A stretch of 64,000 bases of DNA from Candidatus Bathyarchaeota archaeon (lineage in GTDB: Archaea; Thermoproteota; Bathyarchaeia; Bathyarchaeales; Bathycorpusculaceae): NCBI GenBank assembly GCA_963770935.1, contig CAVYRJ010000009.1, positions 1-64,000 of the forward strand. Reading direction: 5' to 3'. Below, in pieces: positions 29,389 to 39,809 of the stretch; positions within the stretch are counted from its first letter, which is position 1, and the number at the start of each line of letters is the position of its first letter. The position numbers and the translations under genes are program-made. The notes under the pieces are model-generated. The model did not search any database. It was not told the DNA's origin and saw nothing but the letters and a program-made list of their open reading frames with translations.

Positions 29389-29558
29389 ATATATACCCCT
29401 TAAGACTGTTTGTTAGTTGCATAATAACTTTTTATTGTTGTCGGTCGGAAGGACTTCTTACTACATTTTATTAGATAACATCACCCAAATTGTTGGTCGA
29501 GTGAGGATTGCATCTCAAAAGCTAGTCCTCGCTCTAAAATACAAAGGAAAGAAAAAAA

Positions 29559-32270
29559 ATGAAAATTGTAAAAAATAAGAATATAGCTTCTTTGATTGCA
29601 TTATTTCTAATGTTAACAATTGCTGTTCCACTTCTTGCTTTACCAACAACAAGTGCACAAACTGTGCGAACCCTAGCAACTAATATTTACGTTACTGCCC
29701 AGCCAATTGGAGCGGTCGGTCAAGCGATGCCTCTCATCTTTTGGACTGAACAAATGCCCCCAGACATAGGAGAACAATCTGGCAATATCAGTAGCCCTAG
29801 CGGAAGAGCTGGATGGTACGGTGTTACAATGACAGTAACAACGCCTAACGGAACCGAAGAAGTCTTTAACATTGCGTACTCTGACCCGGTGGGTGGCGGA
29901 TATGTCAATTACGTTCCTACTGAGGTTGGTAACTATTCTTTGAGAGCAAACTTCCCTGGAACATGGAAAAACACAACCACTACAAAAACATGGTATCCAC
30001 CATCCGAGAGTCCAGAAGACCCTTTTATGGTATCAACCGACCTAATAGCTAAATGGCCAGAAGCGCCACTTCCAGATGATTACTGGGCTCGCCCAATCTC
30101 CGGTCCAAGCCATTCATGGTTTGTGCTTGCGGGACAATGGCTGGGTGGTGCTTCGAACCAATTGCCTTTTGGTGGCTCCGGCGGCACAACACGCAACTAC
30201 GGCTATGGTACAGCCCCAGAATCAGCTCACATTCTATGGACAAGACAGCACTACCCAACAGGTAGCATTATGGACGAACGATTTATTGACCAGCCCTACA
30301 CACTCAACCACTACCAAGACATTACTTTCAGCCCAAGCATAATCCTAGACGGCATAATTCACTACATCCCGCAGTATACTGGACACTGGGGAGAAGGAAA
30401 CCCCGGTGATGTCTATGGATGGGCTGGGCTAAGCCTATACACAGGTGAACTCCTCTTTGAAGACATGCAAGCAATGAAACCTGCATTTGGTCAAATCTAC
30501 CTGTACAACTCGCCAAACCAACACGGAGGCTTTTCATACCTATGGAGAACAAGTACAGTCAAACTGCCTACCACCGTAACCAGACAACCATATCCGGGAA
30601 CAACCAATGAAACCGTTACTTTAACAACACGATCCGGCACACAAACCTGGGAAATGATCGACGCATACACAAATAACAGAGTAGCCTATGTAGCAAACGT
30701 ATCAGCAACCGGTACACAAGTCTACGGCAAAGACGGAAGCATAACAATCTACAACACAGTTAATAAAGGAACAACTGCTAACCCAAGTTACTACTTGACA
30801 ATGTGGAACTCTTCTAAAATCAAAACCATGGTCGCAGGAGACGATGGAACCTACTATTGGCAATGGAGACCCCAGTGGGGAGGCCACGCTGACTACGGAT
30901 TCCGTTGGCGCGAAAACGTAAACGCGTTCCATGACGGAGACACAGGCTTCTCAATCAACGTATCGATACCCAGCATACTGGGACCAAGGAATGCAATGTC
31001 AAATCAAACCGCTACTATTCGAGCAGTACGTGAAGACGAATACATAATCTTCGGAACTCAAGGGCTAAACAACCCGAACGGAGTTGTTCCATGCTGGCTT
31101 ATGGCTATTAGTCTAAAACCAGGACAGATAGGTCAAAAACTGTGGGAAACATCATTTACCCCGCCATTTGCAGATGTGGAAGCCGCACAATTCACCGCAG
31201 GAATCGGCATGACAGAGGTTGTCCCAGAATACGACGTTGTTCTCTTTGACGACGAAAGATCGCTGACACGATGGGGTTACGACATGAAGACAGGGCAGTT
31301 GCTCTGGAAGAGTGACCCTGAACCACAGTTGCACTACTATGGTTTAAGCCACGTAATCTACGATGGTAAGCTCATATCATACAGCCGCGCAGGCGGAACG
31401 CTACCAGCTTATGACCTCAGGACAGGTGAAATAGTATGGAAGTACGTCGCTACAGGTCAAGGCACAGAATCTCCCTACGGCAATGCAGTTACAAGCAGTG
31501 TTATGGTTGCTGACGGAAAACTCTACGTAGGTAGCAGCGAACACTCAGCTTCGACGCCATTGTGGCGTACACCAGGTTTGCGCTGCATAAACGCAACAGA
31601 CGGAACCGAAATATGGAAGATCCTCAATTGGGGAACCGAAATGGCTGTAGCAGACGGTATCCTAGTGGCTTTCAACTGGTATGATGGTCAAGTATACGCA
31701 TATGGCAAAGGTCCAAGCGCTGTAACAGTTTCTGCACCACAAATAGTCCCAACACAGGGCGACAGCATAATGATCCAAGGCACAGTCACAGACCAAACTG
31801 CTACCGGCAGACGCAACATAAACAATGAAATGCAGTTTACCCTAAAAGATACTCCAGCAATCGCTGACCAAGACATGCAGGCATGGATGGAATACAAGTT
31901 CAAAGGACAAGGACGACCAGCCGAAGCAAAAGGTGTTGAAGTAGTGCTTTCCGTGCTCGATCCAAACAACAACTTCTATGAGATTGGCAGAACCACAAGC
32001 GACATGAATGGCAATTATGGCTTAGCATTTACCCCTGAAGTTCCTGGAAACTACAAAATAATCGCAGATTTCGCAGGCACTAAGTCATATTACCCATCGA
32101 CTTCAACAACATACCTATCTGTTGGCGAAACAGCTCCAACTCCAACACAACAACCACAAGTAGCTTTGCCTCCGACTGAAATGTACTTTGCAATCTCAAC
32201 ATTAGCCATAATCGCAGCAATCGCCGTAATCGGCGGTTTAATAATGATGATGCTGAGGAAGCGTCAATAA
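29559..32270 (+). CDS. Large surface PQQ-like beta-propeller protein with a C-terminal membrane anchor
   Basis: Signal peptide; repeats YDMKTGQLLW, YDLRTGEIVW, INATDGTEIW; TM helix followed by RKRQ. Confidence 0.88.
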   Translation: MKIVKNKNIASLIALFLMLTIAVPLLALPTTSAQTVRTLATNIYVTAQPIGAVGQAMPLIFWTEQMPPDIGEQSGNISSPSGRAGWYGVTMTVTTPNGTEEVFNIAYSDPVGGGYVNYVPTEVGNYSLRANFPGTWKNTTTTKTWYPPSESPEDPFMVSTDLIAKWPEAPLPDDYWARPISGPSHSWFVLAGQWLGGASNQLPFGGSGGTTRNYGYGTAPESAHILWTRQHYPTGSIMDERFIDQPYTLNHYQDITFSPSIILDGIIHYIPQYTGHWGEGNPGDVYGWAGLSLYTGELLFEDMQAMKPAFGQIYLYNSPNQHGGFSYLWRTSTVKLPTTVTRQPYPGTTNETVTLTTRSGTQTWEMIDAYTNNRVAYVANVSATGTQVYGKDGSITIYNTVNKGTTANPSYYLTMWNSSKIKTMVAGDDGTYYWQWRPQWGGHADYGFRWRENVNAFHDGDTGFSINVSIPSILGPRNAMSNQTATIRAVREDEYIIFGTQGLNNPNGVVPCWLMAISLKPGQIGQKLWETSFTPPFADVEAAQFTAGIGMTEVVPEYDVVLFDDERSLTRWGYDMKTGQLLWKSDPEPQLHYYGLSHVIYDGKLISYSRAGGTLPAYDLRTGEIVWKYVATGQGTESPYGNAVTSSVMVADGKLYVGSSEHSASTPLWRTPGLRCINATDGTEIWKILNWGTEMAVADGILVAFNWYDGQVYAYGKGPSAVTVSAPQIVPTQGDSIMIQGTVTDQTATGRRNINNEMQFTLKDTPAIADQDMQAWMEYKFKGQGRPAEAKGVEVVLSVLDPNNNFYEIGRTTSDMNGNYGLAFTPEVPGNYKIIADFAGTKSYYPSTSTTYLSVGETAPTPTQQPQVALPPTEMYFAISTLAIIAAIAVIGGLIMMMLRKRQ

Positions 32271-32347
32271 AGACATAGCAACCACAAAACAATATCCTTT
32301 TTTCTTTTGTTCTACAATTGACACAATTTTTACATAATTTAAGAAAT

Positions 32348-32893
32348 CTATAGTTTTTTCCAGTTTACAAGTATTGGCGGGAAGTTTTCATACGCTAATT
32401 CGTAATTGCTACTCGTGTAATTGCCTGACACTTTAATGGTAATATAAGATGTCTGTTTAATATCCTCACTTACCAATATTCCCTCACTTGTCACATTATT
32501 GTTTATAGTAGCTATTGCTACGTCATTTTCTTTTAAGAAAAAGTTGTTTTCATACAGTACATATGTTCTGCGAGAGGACATATCTGAAATTACCTCTATG
32601 TAGAGCACTATTTGAGTTAGGTTTGCATCTTTATCGTAGCTTCTGTTTGTCTCTAAATATTTTATCAAGCAATCATCGGGCAAATTCGATGTAGGCGCTG
32701 GCGTTAACTCAATTAATGGATAACTTGTATGATTTGGAGTTGGCGAAATACTTGGTTGCGGAGTTGTTATTGTATTATTTTCTTCAGTTATAGTACTGTT
32801 ATTAACAACAACTGTTGAGTTGCTATTTTGGTTAATTTGTAAAGCATTTCTGGTGTGATAATTCACGTACACACCTGCAACAATCAATATCAT
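32348..32893 (-). CDS. Membrane-anchored hypothetical protein (true start probably slightly upstream)
   Basis: N-terminal hydrophobic helix, N/T/P-rich linker, beta-rich domain. Confidence 0.6.
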   Translation of the reverse strand: MILIVAGVYVNYHTRNALQINQNSNSTVVVNNSTITEENNTITTPQPSISPTPNHTSYPLIELTPAPTSNLPDDCLIKYLETNRSYDKDANLTQIVLYIEVISDMSSRRTYVLYENNFFLKENDVAIATINNNVTSEGILVSEDIKQTSYITIKVSGNYTSSNYELAYENFPPILVNWKKL

Positions 32894-33272
32894 TAAAACT
32901 ATTATTGCAGCAGTGATTATTCTAACTTGTTTCTTTTGAATTCTAATGCGCCTTCCAAGTATTTCTTAAATGCAGTATGAAAATAATTCGCTTATATTGA
33001 ATCTTTAGTATTTAAAAATATTTTAGGTCAGATGGAGTGTTTTGCATTTTCATCTCTTTATGTCCAAAGCTTATCTTTTCTACTGGTCCATACATGACTA
33101 AATATTCAGGTTCATAGCGGGTATCTTGCCAAGAGTTAAGCACAAGATCTCAAATTTCAAAAATAAGGTTATGCCTAATGGGTAAGTCGAAGTTTATTCG
33201 GATTAGATCCTTCCATGGTTTTTTTGCTTGTAAAATAAGTTAGTTTTATAAAGATATAGGAATCACTAACCG

Positions 33273-33389
33273 ACACAAGCACCGGCATCTTTAGCTGATC
33301 AGTACTTGTTGCCCGCTACCGCAGGGATAATTGTAGCAATCGCGATAGCCACAATCGTTATTGTGTAGTTTTCAAGAAAACGATCATAA
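33273..33389 (+). pseudogene. Orphan C-terminal anchor remnant of a surface protein
   Basis: TQAPASLADQYLLPATAGIIVAIAIATIVIV*FSRKRS* resembles the tail of 29559-32270. Confidence 0.6.
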
Positions 33390-33582
33390 AATCAACATTT
33401 ACAAAAACCATTTCCTTTTTCTTTTTTATTTTTGCCAAAAATAGGGCTTCTACGAAGTTGTTCTGCCCTAAATAAGGACCATGATTTTTCGCAGTTCGCT
33501 TTTCCCAGAGGTTTAGCTTTCTGCACCACTAACCATAATAGGCAGAAAGTAGAATCTTCTGGATGAGGGTTACCTGAAAGTA

Positions 33583-33729
33583 ATGTCATTTAGAGATCCT
33601 GTTTGCGGAATGGTTCTAGACGAGAACACAGCTAAATTCAAAATTTCTTATGATGGTGAAACCTACCATTTTTGCAGCCTCGTTTGTAAGAAACGCTTCA
33701 AAAGACACGCCTCAAAATTCATAAAATAA
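33583..33729 (+). CDS. YHS/TRASH metal-binding microprotein, 48 aa
   Basis: MSFRDPVCGM...YDGETYHFCSLVCKKRF; not in the ORF track. Confidence 0.88.
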   Translation: MSFRDPVCGMVLDENTAKFKISYDGETYHFCSLVCKKRFKRHASKFIK

Positions 33730-33768
33730 AAATATTTATTTTAAACAAAAAAGAAAGGGTTTTGTTGT

Positions 33769-34491
33769 TTATTTTTGCTTGAAGATTTTCCAAACGAGAG
33801 CAGCCAAGATTCCGCCGATTATTGGCCCAATGATGAATAGCCAAAGTTGACTTAGCGCTGTGGTGTCTGCTAAGCCAGCGATGATTGCTGGTCCTAAACT
33901 TCGTGCTGGGTTCACGGATGTACCATCTATGGGTATTGCAACAAGGTGGATAAGCACAAGGGTTAAACCGATTGCTAAGCCTGCGAATCCTTTAGGCGCT
34001 TTTTCACTGGTTGAACCGTGAACTACGAGTACAAAAATGAAAGTCAAGACTATTTCAGCAATTAACGCAGATGCCATGGTATAACCAGCTGGAGACGCAA
34101 GGTCATAGCCGTTTTGGCCCAAATTTGCAGCATTAAACGATGGACCCCCCATTGCTATCGTGTACAGTATGCCTGCTCCGATAATTGCACCTATGCATTG
34201 AAAAACAACATAAAACGCCGTGTCTTTCACACTTAGTTTTCCTGCAACCAACATTGATATTGAAATTGCAGGGTTAATGTGACAACCGGAAATTGTGCCT
34301 ATCGTGTAAGCCATAGCTACCACCGAAAGACCAAAAGCAAAAGAAATCCCTGAGAAACCTATAGCGTTACCCGCAATGACAGCGCTGCCGCAACCCATCA
34401 ACACCAAAACCATTGTTCCGATCAGTTCAGCAACATATTTTTTTGTTGGTGTAATTGGAGTTGGTATTGCAATTTTTTCTGATTCAGTCAT
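33769..34491 (-). CDS. aqpZ: Aquaporin (MIP family)
   Basis: ISGCHINPA and SVNPARS. Confidence 0.92.
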   Translation of the reverse strand: MTESEKIAIPTPITPTKKYVAELIGTMVLVLMGCGSAVIAGNAIGFSGISFAFGLSVVAMAYTIGTISGCHINPAISISMLVAGKLSVKDTAFYVVFQCIGAIIGAGILYTIAMGGPSFNAANLGQNGYDLASPAGYTMASALIAEIVLTFIFVLVVHGSTSEKAPKGFAGLAIGLTLVLIHLVAIPIDGTSVNPARSLGPAIIAGLADTTALSQLWLFIIGPIIGGILAALVWKIFKQK

Positions 34492-34586
34492 TTCTTTTTC
34501 CTCTTATTTTTCTAATTTACTTTCAGTTTTCTATCAAATTACTTATAATAGTTTTCATCAAGAAAGCGCTAAAACAGAACCGCTGC

Positions 34587-35897
34587 TCAGAGTTTTTCGC
34601 TAGCAGAAATATCCATCATCATCAAACCTGAAACCAGCTTTGGATAAAAATCCGTGCTTTTCTCAGGCAAGAGCTCATGTTGTTGCGCTATTTCTGCAAC
34701 TGTTTTGGCGCTAATCGGGTTAACTAAGAATGCGATGCTAGCTTCTCCATGGTCAACTTTCTCTACAGCTTCTTTAGCCCAACGCACGTAGAGAATGTTC
34801 TCATCCATGCTTAATTCACCAGTTTTAAGGATAAACCTAAAAACTATGTCTCTTAGGATAACTACGTCAAAGATTTTAGTTTCCTTCGAAACGTTAGCAT
34901 TTACGAAGTCATAGACAGCTTTATCGTGCTTCAACAACAAACCAAAAGCTTTTGAACCATCATATACACAAAAAGCATGTTCATTAGTATGGTTTTTAAG
35001 AAAACTCTCTAAAGCATCAACTTCGGGTTCAACTTCTACCAGGTCAAAGAAAAACTTGAAGGCGTGCACTAAATCTTCGGTTAGCTTGTAATCTTTCAGC
35101 AACCTATGCGTTGGCAAAACAATTAGTCCTTCTTCTTGAACAGGTACAAGGTAGCTCATTTGGAAGTTGAAGGCATCGTCTTCTGTCCAGTTGCCTTTGC
35201 CTCGCATCTCATCTCGGTAAGCCAACGCGCTCTCATAGCGGTGGTGTCCATCCGTTATCACCATCGTCTTAGCCTTTAGATACGCCTGTAACTGATTGAT
35301 TTTTTCTGGCTCAGTTATCATCCAAACTGTATGCTTAACTTGCAATGTATCTGTAACTTGGATTAATGGCTTGGTTTTTGCTGTTTCTTCTAAGAAATCG
35401 ATGGTTTTTCTTTCTTGGTCTTGGTAGATTAAAAAAACGGGTTCGAGGTCTTTTTGGACAGTTCGCAGCATGATTAAGCGGTCAGCTTTAGGTGCTTTGT
35501 AGGTGCCTTCATGCGGAAACACCCTGTTTTCGTTGTATGCGTAAAGCCTTAGAGCTGCGATTATTCCTGTACGCTCGTATTTTTTACCGTCTAAGCTAAA
35601 TTCCTGACGAGAAACAAAAATCGCTGGTTGAGTTTCTTTTGCCATTATGCCCTCTTTTAGCCATTGTGTGATGCGTTCGTTTGCGACTTGGTACTTGTTT
35701 TTTTCTAAGGGCAGAATCAAGCGGCAGTAATTATATTGCGACTTGGCATAATATTTTCTTTGCATTTCAGTGTCTATTTTGTCGTATGGCTGTGTTATCA
35801 AATCTTCTGGGCTGCCAGCTTTCTTTGTATATCGTATGGCTTTGAAGTGTCGGATGTCAACCAAACGTTTCAGCTCACATTTTTTCGAGCGCATCAA
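34587..35897 (-). CDS. DUF1015 family protein
   Basis: PYDKI, PHE.T, DGHHRY, PTHR, KSTDFYPKL; third gene of the serine operon. Confidence 0.88.
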   Translation of the reverse strand: MMRSKKCELKRLVDIRHFKAIRYTKKAGSPEDLITQPYDKIDTEMQRKYYAKSQYNYCRLILPLEKNKYQVANERITQWLKEGIMAKETQPAIFVSRQEFSLDGKKYERTGIIAALRLYAYNENRVFPHEGTYKAPKADRLIMLRTVQKDLEPVFLIYQDQERKTIDFLEETAKTKPLIQVTDTLQVKHTVWMITEPEKINQLQAYLKAKTMVITDGHHRYESALAYRDEMRGKGNWTEDDAFNFQMSYLVPVQEEGLIVLPTHRLLKDYKLTEDLVHAFKFFFDLVEVEPEVDALESFLKNHTNEHAFCVYDGSKAFGLLLKHDKAVYDFVNANVSKETKIFDVVILRDIVFRFILKTGELSMDENILYVRWAKEAVEKVDHGEASIAFLVNPISAKTVAEIAQQHELLPEKSTDFYPKLVSGLMMMDISASEKL

Positions 35898-36783
35898 TAA
35901 CGGCTTTAGCTATTTGTATGCTGGCTTTTAGTTGCGCTTCATGTGTTTGCGCACCCATATGGGGCGTTGCAATCACGTTGTTTAATGTGAGTAGTTTGTT
36001 GTTTTTTGGCGGTTCCTCCTCAAAAACATCCAATGCTGCACCAGCCACCTTTCCTGACACAAGGGCCTGGTAGAGCGCTTCTTGGTCCACGACGCCACCG
36101 CGGGAACAGTCGATTAGCATAACTCCTTTTTTCATTAAGTTGAACTCTTTGGTTGAGATCATGTGACGCGTGTGGGGTGTTAGTGGCACGTGGATTGTTA
36201 TGAAGTCTGCTTGGGGTAGCATTTCACCGAGCGGAACGAATCGGTCGTAAACGCATTCTTCCACAGGCAACACCTTCATGCCCAAGGCTGTAGCTAAGTG
36301 TTCAACGGTTTTGCCGATGTATCCGCAGCCGATGACGCCTAAGGTTTTGCCGTTGACTTCGTTGCCGATTAATTCCTCTTTTTCCCATTTTCCTTCACGT
36401 AGACTGGTTGTGCCCTGCACGATATTTCGTGACAAAGCCAACATGTAACCGATGGTTAATTCTGCAACGCTTATGTATGAAACATGAGGGGTATTCACCA
36501 GCTTGATGCCCATTTTTTGGGCTTTTTCATAGTCCACATTGTCTAATCCTTCGCCTGCCCGACCAATTATTTTGAGTTGTTTGGCATTGTCAAGCAGTTC
36601 CCCCTTCACTTTGGTTGCTGACCGAACGATTAGCACATCATAATCAGCGATGATTTTGGGTAACTCAGCCTTTGGCATATCCCATGCTCGCATGACTTGG
36701 TAGCCTTTATCCTCGAGAAGTTTTATGCCTTCGTCAAATATTTTATCACTTACGAGGATTTTGATAGTCACTTTAATCCCCAA
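35875..36783 (-). CDS. serA: D-3-phosphoglycerate dehydrogenase / D-2-hydroxyacid dehydrogenase
   Basis: VRSAT, RAGEGLDNVD, GCGYIG, HVPLT, DVFEEEP, TPHMGA. Confidence 0.85.
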   Translation of the reverse strand: MGIKVTIKILVSDKIFDEGIKLLEDKGYQVMRAWDMPKAELPKIIADYDVLIVRSATKVKGELLDNAKQLKIIGRAGEGLDNVDYEKAQKMGIKLVNTPHVSYISVAELTIGYMLALSRNIVQGTTSLREGKWEKEELIGNEVNGKTLGVIGCGYIGKTVEHLATALGMKVLPVEECVYDRFVPLGEMLPQADFITIHVPLTPHTRHMISTKEFNLMKKGVMLIDCSRGGVVDQEALYQALVSGKVAGAALDVFEEEPPKNNKLLTLNNVIATPHMGAQTHEAQLKASIQIAKAVIDALEKM

Positions 36784-37925
36784 ATCTCGTCAATTAACCC
36801 AATGACTTCCTTAATGCCATCGAGGTTCCATTCGCCCATGTGACCGATGCGGAAGGTTTTCTCTGCCAATTTGCCGTAGCCGCCAGAAATCATGTAACCT
36901 TTCTCTGCGAGTTTCTGGTTGAGTTCTTTGACGTTTTTGCCCAAGGTATTGTTTATGCAGCTAACGGTGATAGATTCGTATCCTGCTTCGGGAAACATCG
37001 CAAAATGCTTCTTTGCCCATTGTTGAGTGTATATTGCCATATCCAAGTGGCGTTGGTAAACTTTATCGTAGGTTTCCTCAAGCAAAAGATCCATTCGTTT
37101 GTTTAGCGCATAAAGCAATGGAATATTTGGTGTAAATGGGGTTTGGTGTTTCTTTTCAAACTCAAAGATGTCCACCAAGTCGGTGTATGCTCCTCTGTTT
37201 GGAACCTGTTTGGCACGTTCAATCGCACGGTCATTTACGAGTGCAACTGCTAAGCCAGGTGGCAAAGCGAAGCATTTCTGGGTAGAACCAAAGACTATGT
37301 CGCAGTTCATCTCTGAAGGCAAAGTTTTGTCTCCAGCCATCGAAGAAACAGCATCCACAGCAAATATAATGTCAGGATACTCTTTTTTTACCATCTTGCC
37401 GATTTCAGCTATAGGGTTTCTTACACCTGTGGAGGTTTCGTTGTGGCAAACCGATAGGGTGTCGTATTTGCCGCTTGCAAGTTTTTCTGCAACCATTTCA
37501 GGTTTAATTGCTTTGCCCATTTCAACTTCGATGACATCGGTTTCTTTACCGCATGCAGCAAGGGTTTGGGCACTTCGCTGTGAGAAAGCGCCGTTTACGC
37601 ATGCCAAGGCTTTTTGTTTTACGATGCTTCGACCGATTATGTCAAACCACAACGTGCCTGATGAAGTGGTTACTGTGGGTTTGAAGTCTGCGGTTAGCTG
37701 GAAGAATTTGGCTATTTTATCAGTTATTCCGCCATATAAGTCAGAGAACTCTTTTTCTCTGTGGCCGATTAGGTAGTGAGTTTGTTCGTTAAGCATTTCT
37801 TTACTTACTTCGGTTGGACCGGGAATCAAGAGTTTCTTATGCATGAGCAAACCTTCAGCAAAAGAGGTTAAACCTTTAAAATATAAGGCTTTATGTAACA
37901 AATAATAACGCCTTTCAAGCATCAA
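36768..37925 (-). CDS. Class V PLP aminotransferase (likely start MHKKLL)
   Basis: IPGPTEV, HNETSTG, VDAVSS, STQKCFALPPG, FRIGHMG. Confidence 0.9.
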   Translation of the reverse strand: MMLERRYYLLHKALYFKGLTSFAEGLLMHKKLLIPGPTEVSKEMLNEQTHYLIGHREKEFSDLYGGITDKIAKFFQLTADFKPTVTTSSGTLWFDIIGRSIVKQKALACVNGAFSQRSAQTLAACGKETDVIEVEMGKAIKPEMVAEKLASGKYDTLSVCHNETSTGVRNPIAEIGKMVKKEYPDIIFAVDAVSSMAGDKTLPSEMNCDIVFGSTQKCFALPPGLAVALVNDRAIERAKQVPNRGAYTDLVDIFEFEKKHQTPFTPNIPLLYALNKRMDLLLEETYDKVYQRHLDMAIYTQQWAKKHFAMFPEAGYESITVSCINNTLGKNVKELNQKLAEKGYMISGGYGKLAEKTFRIGHMGEWNLDGIKEVIGLIDEIWGLK

Positions 37926-38156
37926 TGAACCATTGAAGCTTAATGATGGAAAAAACTAAAATCCCTACATAAAGCGAAAATCTTTATTGGGTGTATGTAT
38001 CATTACTAATAATCAGCAAGGGCTTATTGAAAAAGTACCTTTTTGCTGTTTTCAAGAATTGAAATATATCGAATTTAGCAATTTGATTCTTAAACCCTGA
38101 CAACAAAACTATGTTTTGATACGGAAGACGAAGCAGATGAGAAGGAGAAGGCTTCA

Positions 38157-38507
38157 ATGTACACTCTGAAGGCAGAGATAATCCCAAGTTTCCTAATTAT
38201 CTTACTTGGCTCCATAGACGCCATAACCACAGTTATAGGCGTACTGTACTTTGGAGCCGCCGAGTTGAACCCCTTAATGAATGGCATCGTGAACACAAGC
38301 ATCCTTGCGTTTCTAGCTCTTAAAATCGCGGCAACTTTTCTGATTGGTTTTACCTACATTCTAGCCAAAAGAACCTTAAATAAAACCATTAACAAAGAAA
38401 GCCGCACGTTCAGGTACTCAAACAGGCTCATGAAGGTAGCCTACTTAGGCTTGATGGTTTTCCTAGTAATCGTTGTTGTCAACAACCTCACAATTCTCTT
38501 GGCATGA
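38157..38507 (+). CDS. DUF5658-like small membrane protein
   Basis: DAITT.IG...GAAELNPLM...LK...NNL. Confidence 0.75.
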   Translation: MYTLKAEIIPSFLIILLGSIDAITTVIGVLYFGAAELNPLMNGIVNTSILAFLALKIAATFLIGFTYILAKRTLNKTINKESRTFRYSNRLMKVAYLGLMVFLVIVVVNNLTILLA

Positions 38508-38737
38508 ACTAACCCTGTTGTGGGCTATTCTTTTAGAAACTCTGTATAATCGGAGCTTCGAAGCAAAATAAACTCGCGCCTTAGCAAATCGATTTTAAGC
38601 TTCAGCATTCTTTAGTTGCGTTGTCCTCCAGAACTCATGTCGTTAGTCTTATTAAACGAAAACTTGATAAATACATGAAACTATAATCATCTAAAGAAAA
38701 CTCGTGTTTTATGTAAACTTTTTGAGGATGAAAAAAA

Positions 38738-39667
38738 ATGATTGAAAATGATGTCGATGATTTGAGATTGCGATTAGGCTGGCTACCAGATTATCCAAGC
38801 ATAAAGGACTATACTAAGAATCAGGACAAAGTCGCTGAAAAACTGTATCGCTTAGGCCAAAAAGACTCAATTAAGACAATGCTAAACAAAGTGGGAGTGC
38901 TAAAAGAAGCGCCTGAAGCAGTTCCAGCTTCAGTCGATCTTAGAGAATGGTGCCCCCCAGTTGAGGATCAAGGTACACTTGGTTCATGCACTGCAAACGC
39001 AGGGGTAGGATTAGTTGAATACTTTGAGAAACGCGCTTTCGGAAAGCATCTTGACGCGTCCAGACTTTTTCTCTACAAAGTTACAAGAAACTTGCTGCAC
39101 TGGACAGGCGACACAGGAGCCTTCTTAAGAAGCACAATGGAAGCCATGGTGCTCTTCGGCGTGCCTCCCGAAGAATATTACCCATACAAAATAGCCGACT
39201 TCGAAGTAGAACCCTCTGCTTTCCTTTACGCGTTCGCGGACAACTACAAGACAATCCAATACTACAGAATGGATCCCCCTGGAACCGCCAAGCCTGCTTT
39301 GCTGCAAACGATAAAGACATTTCTTTCCGCGGGTTTACCCTCAATGTTCGGGTTCACAGTCTACAACTCCCTCAACCAAGCCGCAACAACTGGTAAGATA
39401 CCGTATCCTGTTCCAAGCGACAAAGTTGCAGGCGGACACGCGGTCGTTGCAGTGGGCTACGACAACAAAATAACAATCACAAACACGAACTCCGGCGGTA
39501 AACAAACAAAAGGCGCATTGCTCATAAGAAATTCTTGGGGTCCGCTGTGGGGAGGAATGGGCGGTTACCTATGGTTGCCGTACGAGTATGTTCTCAGCGG
39601 ATTAGCCACAGACTGGTGGTCCCTGCTCAAAAACGATTGGATAAACACAGATCAATTCAAGATTTAA
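38738..39667 (+). CDS. Papain-like (C1) cysteine protease
   Basis: DQGTLGSCTANA, GGHAVVAVGYD, IRNSWG. Confidence 0.92.
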   Translation: MIENDVDDLRLRLGWLPDYPSIKDYTKNQDKVAEKLYRLGQKDSIKTMLNKVGVLKEAPEAVPASVDLREWCPPVEDQGTLGSCTANAGVGLVEYFEKRAFGKHLDASRLFLYKVTRNLLHWTGDTGAFLRSTMEAMVLFGVPPEEYYPYKIADFEVEPSAFLYAFADNYKTIQYYRMDPPGTAKPALLQTIKTFLSAGLPSMFGFTVYNSLNQAATTGKIPYPVPSDKVAGGHAVVAVGYDNKITITNTNSGGKQTKGALLIRNSWGPLWGGMGGYLWLPYEYVLSGLATDWWSLLKNDWINTDQFKI

Positions 39668-39809
39668 GGGCATAATTTAGCACCAAACAACCAAAATCCT
39701 TTCTTTTTGCATTTTTATCTTCTAAGCAAAAGAAGAAAACAAAAATGAACAGTCTAACAAATCAAAATTTAAGCTTCTAATTATTTCTTAAATCAACAAG
39801 GATCGGACA

